Below are positions 28,712 through 39,003 of a stretch of 64,000 nucleotides of DNA, piece by piece. How positions within the stretch are numbered: position 1 is the first letter of the stretch; each line of letters opens with the position of its first letter. Source of the stretch: an uncultured Thermoleophilia bacterium (GTDB lineage: Bacteria; Actinomycetota; Thermoleophilia; UBA2241); the NCBI GenBank assembly GCA_963695395.1, contig CAVOGK010000014.1, positions 64,354-128,353 of the forward strand, given 5' to 3'. The position numbers and the translations under genes were made by a program. The notes under the pieces are model-generated. The model made no database searches and was not told the DNA's origin. It saw only the letters and a program-made list of their open reading frames with translations.

Positions 28712-30260
28712 CGCGCTCGCGTTCTTCGGCGCCCCAGAGCACGACCGTGTCGCGCCCGTCGGCCTTGGCCCGGTAGAGCGCCTTGTCGGCGAGCTCCATG
28801 AGCTCGTCCAGCACGGTGGCGTCGCGCGGGCAGGTGGCGACCCCGACGCTGATCGTGATGTTGACCTCGGGCGGGAGCCCGAGGCCCGTGTAGCGCGTGC
28901 CGCCGAGCGTGCGGCGGACGCGTTCGGCTACGTGGTACGCGGCGTCACCCGGCGTACTGGGCAGCAGAACGGCGAACTCCTCGCCGCCGTGCCGTGAGCA
29001 GATGTCGGGACTGCGCAGCGCGTCCTTCAGCGCCCTCGCCACGGTCTGCAGGACGCGGTCGCCGGTCGCGTGCCCGTACGCGTCGTTGAACTGCTTGAAG
29101 TGGTCGATGTCGATCATGAGTACGCTGAGCGGCTCCTGGTGCCGCAGGCTGCGCTCGATCTCCTCGCCGGCGCGGTTCATGAAGAAGCGCCGGTTGTACA
29201 GTCCCGTCAGGTGATCGGTGACCACCTGACGGCGGATGGCGTCGTACTTGTGGGCGTTGGTGAGCGCGCTCTGGACGTGGTTCTGGAGAGCGGCCAGGAT
29301 GTCGTTCGTCAGCAACTCCGTGTACTTGCCGTTGGTCGACGTGGCGAGCAGCACCATGTCGCCGACGTGCTCCACCTTGACCGGGATCACCAACTGATGG
29401 GTCATCGTTTGCGGGAACAACGTGCAGACGTGGCCCTCGACGCGCGTGATTTCACCCGAGGCGACCGCCTGACGCACCGGGCAGTCCGGCGTGTAGGCGC
29501 AGCACTCGGCCGAGAGCGTCGGTGTGATCACGCCCTGCGTCCCCTCGAGAGAGAAGGCGCGCGTCTCGGAGTCGAGCAGCAGGAGCGCCGCGAAGTCGGC
29601 GTGCAGGAAGCTCCTGCCTCGCGAGAGCACGCGCTCGACCGTCTCCCGATACGGAAGGGCGGCGTTCATCTCACGCCCCAGCACGCCGACGTCCATGAGC
29701 TGGCGGTTCAGCGCCTGGACGCGCATGAGGTCGTCCTTGATGCTCTGCGCGACCCACTCCTTGTCCTCGGACGCCCTGAAGACGGCGATCAGCGTGCGGA
29801 CGAGGTAGCCGAGCTCGCGCATCTCGTCGCGATCGAAGGGGTCGCTGCGCTCGTAGTCGCCGCCGAGTCGGGCGCGCGACCGGCGGATGAGTCCGTTGAT
29901 GGGGCGGTAGAGCATCAGGTCGAACGCCGCGGCGATGACGGCGAAGAGGGCGAGCAGCACCGCGGCGATCTGCAAGGCCGATCGCGGGTCCACGACGTAG
30001 GCGAGCAGGACGAACGCCGCGGCGAGCGCCAGGGCCACGATCGCGGACGTCTTCAGTTCGAGGCTGATGCCTCTCTTGCGCGCGAGGCCGTGGCCTCGAT
30101 CTTGATCGTCGGATGTGGCCGTGGTCGGCCTCGATTCGGGAGCCTGCGGTGCCTGCTCACGGTATCGGCAGATGCGTGCAGAGCATGATAGACGCGTCGC
30201 GCGGACTCGCCGCCAACGGGGTCGCCCGCGGGAGTGGGACGCCGGATCGGAGCCGCTCAA
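28701..30260 (-). CDS. membrane-bound GAF-GGDEF diguanylate cyclase
   Basis: Two TM helices, a GAF-like core, DHLTGLYNRRFF...IDIDHFKQFND...RSPDICSRHGGEEFAVLL (intact GGEEF plus RxxD I-site). The TTG at 30260 overlaps the upstream stop. An alternative GTG start lies at 30038 (see findings). Confidence 0.85.
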   Translation of the reverse strand: MSGSDPASHSRGRPRWRRVRATRLSCSARICRYREQAPQAPESRPTTATSDDQDRGHGLARKRGISLELKTSAIVALALAAAFVLLAYVVDPRSALQIAAVLLALFAVIAAAFDLMLYRPINGLIRRSRARLGGDYERSDPFDRDEMRELGYLVRTLIAVFRASEDKEWVAQSIKDDLMRVQALNRQLMDVGVLGREMNAALPYRETVERVLSRGRSFLHADFAALLLLDSETRAFSLEGTQGVITPTLSAECCAYTPDCPVRQAVASGEITRVEGHVCTLFPQTMTHQLVIPVKVEHVGDMVLLATSTNGKYTELLTNDILAALQNHVQSALTNAHKYDAIRRQVVTDHLTGLYNRRFFMNRAGEEIERSLRHQEPLSVLMIDIDHFKQFNDAYGHATGDRVLQTVARALKDALRSPDICSRHGGEEFAVLLPSTPGDAAYHVAERVRRTLGGTRYTGLGLPPEVNITISVGVATCPRDATVLDELMELADKALYRAKADGRDTVVLWGAEERERVRS

Positions 30261-30445
30261 CCCCTGAATCGGTTGAGGGTGCGCCTGTCCAGGGTCGGCC
30301 GGTGGATGGTACGGCGTTCGCCGATGCGCCGGTCGCGCAGGTAGTACGGGCAGACCGCGCAGTAGCAGCTGCAGCTGAGGCGTGTGTCGACGTCGGCCAC
30401 GCAGATCAGCGGGGGCTGGGGGGTTGTGCTCCGCTCGTGATTCAC
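30257..30445 (-). CDS. Cys-rich, Arg-rich miniprotein (62 aa), unknown function
   Basis: By hand count only 7 of 62 codons end in A/T, which is coding-like for this genome. Motif CVADVDTRLSCSCYCAVCPYY followed by DRRIGERR...DRR. No obvious SD. GTG start. Confidence 0.55.
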   Translation of the reverse strand: MNHERSTTPQPPLICVADVDTRLSCSCYCAVCPYYLRDRRIGERRTIHRPTLDRRTLNRFRG

Positions 30446-30493
30446 CTGGACATCACTGGGAGTTCTACGCCGCGGAGGCGCCGGCTCCTGCCC

Positions 30494-30862
30494 CTAGTCG
30501 GTCAGGTAGCTCTCCACCACGGTGAGGATCTGGGCGATGCGAAACGGCTTGGTGATGTAACCGTCGATGCCGACGTCCGTGGCGCGCTCCATGTCGGTCG
30601 CCATGGCCTTGGCCGAGAGGCCGACGATGACGATGTCCTTCGTCGTCGCGTCGGCCTTGAGCTCGCCCACCGCTTCGTAGCCGCTCAGGACCGGCATCAT
30701 CATGTCCATGAGGATGAGGTCGGGGAGGTGCTGCCTGGCCAGGTCTACAGCCTCGCGCCCGTTCGTCGCCTTGTAGACCGTGTAGTCCTGGGTCTCCAGG
30801 GACATCGACACGATGCTCAGGATGTCTGGGTCGTCGTCCGCGACCAGGATGGCTCTTGTCAA
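30494..30862 (-). CDS. single-domain response regulator (CheY-like receiver)
   Basis: ILVADDDPD...DLILMDMMMP...SAKA...GYITKPF receiver motifs. TTG start behind a GAGGAGGG RBS. Confidence 0.9.
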   Translation of the reverse strand: MTRAILVADDDPDILSIVSMSLETQDYTVYKATNGREAVDLARQHLPDLILMDMMMPVLSGYEAVGELKADATTKDIVIVGLSAKAMATDMERATDVGIDGYITKPFRIAQILTVVESYLTD

Positions 30863-30875
30863 CGGTCGTCCCTCC

Positions 30876-32714
<1,839 letters not shown>

Positions 32715-32748
32715 CTGGTCCGCCCGTCCTCCGAAACGCTGGTAGAGT

Positions 32749-32754
32749 ATTCTA
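32749..32754 (-). promoter_or_regulatory. putative -10 box (TAGAAT) for the histidine kinase operon
   Basis: Lies in the AT-rich patch GGTAGAGTATTCTATC, the only one in the 123-bp divergent spacer. The plus strand reads TAGAGT at 32743-32748 for the CbiA-like gene. Confidence 0.35.
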
Positions 32755-32837
32755 TCCCGGGCCCCCGGAATCCGCTCTCGAGCGTCCGGCCCGCCGGCCA
32801 AACACGGAGCCCGTTCGGTCGAAAGGAGGACCTCGTC

Positions 32838-34217
32838 ATGTCCGTCCCTCGCCTGGTCGTGTGCGGGCTCGAGCCCGGGCCCGCCGTCGCCCTCGCCTCC
32901 GGCGCGTTGCTCGCCGCTCTCGCGGACGATCGCGTCGTCCGCCCCGTTCTCCTCGGCGTCGACCTGCCCTTGTGGCGTCTGCTCCACGGCGTTTCGGCGC
33001 GAGCGCCGAGGGTCCTCGATCCCAAGCTGATCGACGACGCGGTCGCCGGCGAGCTGTACGACTCGTGGGCGGCCGACACCGACCTCACGACGCTGGTGGC
33101 CGTGGAGCCGGCGTTCGATCGTTGGCAGGGAGTGAAAGGCTCGCGCGCAGTCGACGTCGCCGTTGCGCTCGACGCCCCGCTCGTGCTCGTCGTCGACGCC
33201 CGCGAGCGCGGGTCGACCGCGGCCGCGGCTGCATGCGGCGCCAGGCTGCTGGCGGGACGCGCGGAGTTCGCCGGCGTCGTCGTGATCGGCGGCGACGAGC
33301 ATGGGCCGGCATCCGACGTGCGCCGCATCCTCGAGGAGACGGCCAAGCTTCCCGTGCTCGGGTGGGTGCCGCCCCGGCTGAGCGAGCAGTTCGCGCGCCG
33401 GCACGGCGCGGGTCACGGAGCGCCGCTCGAGATCGGCCCGCGGCCCGTCGAGGGCGGCCAGGCGGCGCTCTGCCGCGAGGCCGGCGCCCATCTCGATCGC
33501 GAGGGGCTGGCGGCGGCGGCCGCACGGCGCGGCTACCTTCCGGCGCGGCCACGCCGCCTCCTCGCGCCGCTGCCGGCGGCCTCCGGGCTCACGCTCGCCG
33601 TCGGCTGGGGGCCGCCGCTCGAGCCGTTCGCCCTCGAGACCATCGACCTGCTGAAGGCGGCGGGCCTCACGCTCGCGCCACTGCACATCGGGCGCGATCG
33701 TGAACTGCCGCCGGGGGCGAACGGCCTCCTGCTCGCCGGTCTTCTCGACGAGGAGGAGCTGCCGGCCTTCGCCGGCAACGATGCGCTCAAGGCGAGCATC
33801 GCCGGCGCCGTGGCCGCCGGGCTGCCGACGCTCGCCTTCGGAGGCGGCGCTCTTCTGCTCCTCCGCCGGCTCGCCGACAGTCGCGGACGCACGCACGAGC
33901 TCGCCGGCGTGCTGCCGGCGGAGGCCGAGCTCCTCGAATGGTACGAGCGACCCCGGTATGTCCCCGCCGTGGCGTCGCGCGAGAACCCCTACAACGAGGG
34001 TCAGGTCACCCTGTACGAGCTCTTCGATCTCGAGTTCCTGACGCTGCAGCAGGAGGCGTTCGCGTACCGCGTCGGCGAGGCTGGTGAAGAGGGGCAGGTC
34101 GAGGGCTTCGTGCACGAGCGCTGCCTCGCTACCACGCTCGTGCCTTCGCTGCCGGCGGTGCCGGATCTGGCCGCCGGATTCATCGCCGCGATGCGATCGG
34201 CGGCCCAGGGCGGGTGA
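32838..34217 (+). CDS. cobyrinate a,c-diamide synthase (CbiA/CobB)-like protein with degenerate active sites
   Basis: AAAGGAGGA RBS plus ATG. Collinear by eye with CbiA, but the P-loop position reads GLEPGPAVA and the glutaminase AECGG position reads AFGGG. Confidence 0.65.
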   Translation: MSVPRLVVCGLEPGPAVALASGALLAALADDRVVRPVLLGVDLPLWRLLHGVSARAPRVLDPKLIDDAVAGELYDSWAADTDLTTLVAVEPAFDRWQGVKGSRAVDVAVALDAPLVLVVDARERGSTAAAAACGARLLAGRAEFAGVVVIGGDEHGPASDVRRILEETAKLPVLGWVPPRLSEQFARRHGAGHGAPLEIGPRPVEGGQAALCREAGAHLDREGLAAAAARRGYLPARPRRLLAPLPAASGLTLAVGWGPPLEPFALETIDLLKAAGLTLAPLHIGRDRELPPGANGLLLAGLLDEEELPAFAGNDALKASIAGAVAAGLPTLAFGGGALLLLRRLADSRGRTHELAGVLPAEAELLEWYERPRYVPAVASRENPYNEGQVTLYELFDLEFLTLQQEAFAYRVGEAGEEGQVEGFVHERCLATTLVPSLPAVPDLAAGFIAAMRSAAQGG

Positions 34218-34269
34218 GCGCGCCGGCCGTCGCCTGCGCCGCGTCCGGCGCAGAGAAGGAGTTGCTGCC

Positions 34270-35937
34270 GTGACCTTCTCCGCGGTCGGGGCCTGGCTGC
34301 GCTCGCGTCGCCGACTTCTGGCGCTCTGGCTGGTCACGACCGCCGCCGTCGCGCTCGTCACGCTGCTGATGGAGTGGGGCGGCGTCCCCGGGTGGGACGA
34401 CGCCGCCCACGCCTACAAGATCCTGTTGCTGCGCGGCGGCGACTCGATCTTCTGGGACACCTATTGGTACGGCGGCGGCTACGGGGCTATCACGTACGGC
34501 TTCGTCTTCTACTGGATCGCGCAGTACGTCCCCGGCACACTCATCGTCATCCTCGCCGCGGGGACGATCCCCGTGACGTTCTACGTCTACATGCGCGACA
34601 TGTGGGAGATAGACGACTTCTGGCCGGCCTGGGGCTTCGCCCTGGTCGTCACGCTCTATCAGGCGCACGGTCAGGACCCCTTCCTGCTCGCGCTCGCGCT
34701 GACCATGGGCGGGCTCGCGCTTCTCGCCAAGCGGCATCCGCTCTGGGCCGCCGTGCCCGTCGCGATCGGGATCTTCGCCAATCCGATGGGCCTCGTGGTC
34801 GCGGCGCCCATCATGGTCACCGACCTCATCGTCCGGCCGGCGGCAAGACGGCGATACCTGCTGTTCGCCGCCGCCGTCGCGCCGGCGGTCCTCGTCCGGT
34901 TCCTGCTCGGATGGGCGTTCTCGGAGCAGGGGTCCTACCTCAACGAGACGTCGCAGCTGTTGGTCTTCTTGGCGTTCGCCCTCGCGGGGCTGGCCTTGGC
35001 CGGGGTGAACGCGGTCCACCCGCGCCGGCCCTTCGTCGTCCTGTTCCTGGTCTACGCCGCGATCTGCCTCATCTCGTTCGTGACGCCCGGAAGCCCGCTC
35101 GGCAACAACATCGGCCGCTTCTTCATGGTCTTCGGGCTGCCGCTGCTGCTGCTGCTGCGGCACACGCGGCTGCAGCGGCCGTTTGCCTACGGGGAGCTCG
35201 CCATCATCCCCATCGTGCTCTTCGCCCTGCTGCAGTTCGGCACGGCGACCAGTCACTTCCTCAACGCGGTCGAGCGGCCCCAGACCACGCGCGCCTACTT
35301 CGCCCCGGCCCTGGATGCGGCCGCCGAGCTGTATGACCCCGACTACCGCATCCACGTCGTCGCGCTTCGCCGGCACTGGGAGGCGCTCTACTTTCCCGAA
35401 GCCGGCTACCCGATCACGCGCGGCTGGTACCGTCAGGCCGATGCGATCCACAACAGCCTCTTCTACACGAACTACGCGAGCGCCGGGTACGTCGACTGGC
35501 TGCAGAGCATGGGTGTGCAGTACATCTTCCTGCCGGTCGAGGGACCGCTCGACCCGTGGAGCCGGCGTGAGGCCAGGCTCCTGCAAGGCTCGCCTGCGTT
35601 CGCCTTCGTCGAGCAGGCCGGCGTCTGGCGCATCTACCGGCTGCGAGACGCCCGGCCCTTGCTGGTCCCGGAGCCCGAAGCACCCGGCGCAGGCGCGGGG
35701 ACGATCCGCGATGTGGACCATGCGCGGATCGTCTTCACCGTGACGTCGCCGGGCACGTACTGGCTCAAGTTCACGTCGTCACCGTACTGGGTGCTCGAGG
35801 GAGGTCCGGGGACGGTGCGGCCGCGACCAGACCGCTTCATGGATCTTGACCTGGGGCAGTCCGGCACCTACACGCTGCGCTTCGAGGTCACTCCCGCCAA
35901 GGCGCTCGACGCCGCGGCGGCGAGGCTCGGCCTCTAG
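34270..35937 (+). CDS. large polytopic membrane protein with C-terminal soluble domain (GT-C-like / PTPS-related-like)
   Basis: GTG behind AGAAGGAG. About 11 helices. First loop GWDDAAHAYK...FWDTYWYGGGYG resembles the PTPS-related/GT-C membrane families (from memory). About 200-aa extracytoplasmic tail. Confidence 0.5.
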   Translation: MTFSAVGAWLRSRRRLLALWLVTTAAVALVTLLMEWGGVPGWDDAAHAYKILLLRGGDSIFWDTYWYGGGYGAITYGFVFYWIAQYVPGTLIVILAAGTIPVTFYVYMRDMWEIDDFWPAWGFALVVTLYQAHGQDPFLLALALTMGGLALLAKRHPLWAAVPVAIGIFANPMGLVVAAPIMVTDLIVRPAARRRYLLFAAAVAPAVLVRFLLGWAFSEQGSYLNETSQLLVFLAFALAGLALAGVNAVHPRRPFVVLFLVYAAICLISFVTPGSPLGNNIGRFFMVFGLPLLLLLRHTRLQRPFAYGELAIIPIVLFALLQFGTATSHFLNAVERPQTTRAYFAPALDAAAELYDPDYRIHVVALRRHWEALYFPEAGYPITRGWYRQADAIHNSLFYTNYASAGYVDWLQSMGVQYIFLPVEGPLDPWSRREARLLQGSPAFAFVEQAGVWRIYRLRDARPLLVPEPEAPGAGAGTIRDVDHARIVFTVTSPGTYWLKFTSSPYWVLEGGPGTVRPRPDRFMDLDLGQSGTYTLRFEVTPAKALDAAAARLGL

Positions 35938-35968
35938 TCTTCGGGCGGCGCGGAGGTACAATCCGCCC

Positions 35969-37066
35969 ATGCCGCGCCATCGCCTCGCTCCCGAAGTCTT
36001 CGCCCTGCCTGTCGACCGCATCCGCGAGGGGTACTACACAGACGCGTACTTCAACGGGTCCAAGCGTGTGCTCGAGGCCAAGGGCCGGCATCCGACCGTG
36101 ACCCTGCAGATCTTCCAGAAGACCGACGGCGCCGTGCTCGGCGGCATGGACGAAGCTCTGGCGACGCTGCGTCTCTGCGCCGGCCACTTCGAGGGCGAGG
36201 GGGCCGCGCGGCAATGGCACGACGGCTGGGATCAGCTCGTGGTGCACGCGCTCTACGACGGCGACGAGCTCTCGGCCTGGGAGACCGTGCTGACGATCAC
36301 GGGCGACTACAGCCTCTTCGCTCACCTCGAGACCGTGTACCTCGGCGTGCTCTCGCGGCGCACCCTCGTCAGCACCAACGTGCGCCGCGTCGTCGAGGCC
36401 GCGCACGGCAAGCCCATCCTCTTCTTCCCCGCGCGCTTCGATCACTACAGGGTCCAGACCGGCGACGGCTACGCGGCGCATATCGCAGGCGCCATCGGCG
36501 TCAGCACCGACGCCCAGGCGTCGTGGTGGGGGGGCAAGGGCATCGGCACAGTGCCGCACGCGCTCATCGCCGCCTACGGCGGCGACACCGTGGCGGCGGC
36601 GCAGGCGTTCGCCGACGTGCATCACCCCGAGATCAACGTGACGGCGCTCGTCGACTGGGACAACGATTGCGTGGCGACCAGCCTCGCCTGCGCGCGGGCG
36701 CTCGGCGCGCGGCTCTGGGGCGTGCGCCTCGACACGAGTGAGACCATGGTCGACCGCTCGCTCTGGGACGAGATGGGCACGTTTCGGCCGAACGGCGTGG
36801 CGCCGGAGCTCGTCCGCGGCGTACGCCGCGCGCTCGACGACGAGGGATTCCAGGCCGTGCACATCGTCGTCAGCGGGGGCTTTGACGCGGACCGCATCCG
36901 GCGCTTCGAGGCGGCCGGCGTGCCGGCAGACGCCTACGGAGTCGGGAGCAGCCTGCTGCGCGGCAACGCCGACTTCACCGCCGACGTGGTCCTGCTCGAG
37001 GGGGAGCCCTGTGCCAAGGTCGGCCGGCGCCACCGTCCAAACCCCAGGCTCGAGCGGGTGACGTAG
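35969..37066 (+). CDS. pncB: nicotinate phosphoribosyltransferase (archaeal/actinobacterial short type)
   Basis: REGYYTDAYFNGSKRVL...GVSTDAQASWWGGKGIGTVPHALIAAYGG...VRLDTS pattern of the NAPRTase family. Followed by a nicotinamidase-like gene. Confidence 0.75.
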   Translation: MPRHRLAPEVFALPVDRIREGYYTDAYFNGSKRVLEAKGRHPTVTLQIFQKTDGAVLGGMDEALATLRLCAGHFEGEGAARQWHDGWDQLVVHALYDGDELSAWETVLTITGDYSLFAHLETVYLGVLSRRTLVSTNVRRVVEAAHGKPILFFPARFDHYRVQTGDGYAAHIAGAIGVSTDAQASWWGGKGIGTVPHALIAAYGGDTVAAAQAFADVHHPEINVTALVDWDNDCVATSLACARALGARLWGVRLDTSETMVDRSLWDEMGTFRPNGVAPELVRGVRRALDDEGFQAVHIVVSGGFDADRIRRFEAAGVPADAYGVGSSLLRGNADFTADVVLLEGEPCAKVGRRHRPNPRLERVT

Positions 37067-37092
37067 TTCCCTCGGCCGGGAAGCGCACCGAC

Positions 37093-37644
37093 ATGAGCGA
37101 GTCCACAGCAAAGCGCCGGGCGTTCGTCATCGTCGATATGTTGGTCTGCTTCTGCAGGCGTGGAGCCCTCTACAGCCCACGCTACGACGGCATTGTGCCG
37201 GGATTGGTGCGGCGGTTGGCCGCGGCGGAGGCCGAGGGCGTGGATCTCATCTTCCTCGTCGACACGCACACCCCCGACGATCCCGAGTTCGCGATGTTCC
37301 CCGCGCATTGCGTGGAGGGCTCCGGGGAGGACGAAGTGATCCCGGAGCTCAAGGAGTTCGCCGATCGTGGCACCGTCGTGCGTAAGGGCACGTTCTCCGG
37401 CTTCCACGGCACCGAGCTCGCGGAAGTGCTTGCGCGGCTTGCGCCCGATGTCGTCGAGGTGGCCGGCGTGTGCACCGACATCTGCGTCCTGCACACGGTC
37501 GCCGGACTCAGGGCGCGGGGCTACGAGGTGCTGGTGCACAAGGATCTCGTCGAGACGTATGACACGCCGGGGCACCACGCTGAGGAGTTCAACCGCTTCG
37601 CGCTGGCGCACATGTGCGACGTGCTGGGTGCGAAGGTCGAGTGA
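37093..37644 (+). CDS. pncA: isochorismatase-family cysteine hydrolase (nicotinamidase-like)
   Basis: AFVIVDML...LVDTH...RKGTFSGF...VAGVCTDICVLHT (catalytic Cys). Adjacent to pncB. Confidence 0.75.
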   Translation: MSESTAKRRAFVIVDMLVCFCRRGALYSPRYDGIVPGLVRRLAAAEAEGVDLIFLVDTHTPDDPEFAMFPAHCVEGSGEDEVIPELKEFADRGTVVRKGTFSGFHGTELAEVLARLAPDVVEVAGVCTDICVLHTVAGLRARGYEVLVHKDLVETYDTPGHHAEEFNRFALAHMCDVLGAKVE

Positions 37645-37701
37645 ACGGCCCGCTGTGCGGTGTCCCTCACGGCGCCCCGCACGGTAGCTCGGCTGCGTCG
37701 G

Positions 37702-38328
37702 CTATTCGTCCTCGTCGGGGGCTTCAGACCCCTGGCCCTCGAGCAGGTCGACGAAGCTCTGCGAGCGCCTGCCCGTCGTCGACTTGGGGTCGATCCGGGC
37801 GGCCGCCTGCCACTCCTTCTTCGCCTCGCTCACTCGGCCGGCGGAGAACTCGATGATGGCGAGGGAGTAGTGCGCGGCCTGGTCGTCCGGGTGGGCGTCG
37901 AGCACTGCGCGCAGCGACTTCTCCGCGCGGCCTGATTCGCCTTTGGCATGCCACACCATGGCCAGACCGACCTGGGCGGCCGCGTTGTCCGGCTCCTGTT
38001 GGATGACCTCGGCGTACGCCTGCCTCGCCAGCTGCAGACGCTGGCCCAGGAAATACGCCTCGCCGAGCTTCAGCAGGACGTCAACGTCGGCGGGATCTTC
38101 AGCGCGCTGCTCCTCGAGACGGGCGATGGCGCCGTTGACGCCGGCATCCGGGTCTGGGTCCGCGGGCGGCTCGTCTTCTGCGGCGACACTGGGGTGCCCC
38201 GACGGCAGCGCCTCGGTCGCCGTGCCCGGCGTGGCGCCGCCGTCACCGGAGGTCATGCCGGCGACGACGACCACGGCGGCAACGGCCACCGCGGCGCCGA
38301 CAGCGATGAGGGCCCAGGATCGTCTCAC
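37702..38328 (-). CDS. membrane-anchored tetratricopeptide repeat protein
   Basis: N-terminal TM helix, acidic linker, then 3-4 TPR-like units (LLKLGEAYFLGQRLQLARQAYAEVIQQEPDN...). Confidence 0.7.
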   Translation of the reverse strand: MRRSWALIAVGAAVAVAAVVVVAGMTSGDGGATPGTATEALPSGHPSVAAEDEPPADPDPDAGVNGAIARLEEQRAEDPADVDVLLKLGEAYFLGQRLQLARQAYAEVIQQEPDNAAAQVGLAMVWHAKGESGRAEKSLRAVLDAHPDDQAAHYSLAIIEFSAGRVSEAKKEWQAAARIDPKSTTGRRSQSFVDLLEGQGSEAPDEDE

Positions 38329-38420
38329 TCTCGTCCTTCCGTGGGGGAGTGCGCTGGAGCGCCTCCGCAGGATACCATCGGGTTGCGCGGCTCGCGACCG
38401 GGTTTTGCCCGCAAAGCGGC

Positions 38421-38432
38421 ACTATCGATAGT
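38421..38432. promoter_or_regulatory. perfect 12-bp palindrome ACTATCGATAGT (candidate operator)
   Basis: Self-complementary and AT-rich in a GC-rich spacer between the TPR gene (-) and the Rrf2 gene (+). Confidence 0.4.
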
Positions 38433-38488
38433 ACCGGGGACAGGTCTCCCCAAAGCTTAACCGGCGCTTAACACACGTCGACGCGGGG

Positions 38489-38516
38489 TTGACCCCGCAG
38501 CGTCCGCGGCTATACA
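38489..38516 (+). promoter_or_regulatory. putative sigma-70-type promoter of the Rrf2 gene (TTGACC - 16 nt - TATACA)
   Basis: TTGACC at 38489-38494 and TATACA at 38511-38516. About 50-nt leader with an AGGTGAGGGA RBS before ATG 38567. Confidence 0.45.
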
Positions 38517-38566
38517 GTTCAAAAGGACCATTTCTGTCCGGTCTGTCGATCAACAGGTGAGGGATC

Positions 38567-38989
38567 ATGGGCCTCCAACTCACACGCGGTGCCGAGTACG
38601 CCGTCAGGGCGATGACGTACCTGGCGCGCTTCCCAGAGGGACACGTGGCGTCGTTGCACGAGATCGGCGAGGCCCAGGACATCCCCGAGAGCTTCCTCGC
38701 CAAGATCCTGCAGAGTCTGGTGCGCGCAGACCTCGCGGTCTCGCAGCGAGGCGCGCACGGAGGGTTCGCGCTTGCCCGCCCGGCCGCGAAGATCACCATG
38801 CAGCAGGTGATCGAGGCGGTCGACGGCCCCATCTCCGTGAATCAATGCGTGCTCAACGCCGAGGACTGCGCGCGCAGCGCCTCCTGCACGGCGCACGCGG
38901 CGTGGCTTCGAGCGCAGGCCCAGCTCATGGACGTGCTGGGCTCGATCACGCTCGAATCGCTGGCTCCCGTGCCGGCGGCCGTCGACTGA
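38567..38989 (+). CDS. Rrf2 family transcriptional regulator (three-Cys, probable Fe-S type)
   Basis: LTRGAEYAVRAMTYLA...ESFLAKILQSLVRADLAVSQRGAHGGFALARP wHTH. C-x6-C-x5-C cluster (NQCVLNAEDCARSASC). Confidence 0.9.
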   Translation: MGLQLTRGAEYAVRAMTYLARFPEGHVASLHEIGEAQDIPESFLAKILQSLVRADLAVSQRGAHGGFALARPAAKITMQQVIEAVDGPISVNQCVLNAEDCARSASCTAHAAWLRAQAQLMDVLGSITLESLAPVPAAVD

Positions 38990-39003
38990 CCTCCGGCTGA
39001 TCC

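Noticed and set aside
32838-34217. Annotating the CbiA-like gene as a functional cobalamin biosynthesis enzyme.
   Set aside because: The Walker A and glutaminase Cys/His positions appear substituted, and no other cob/cbi genes are present in the window.
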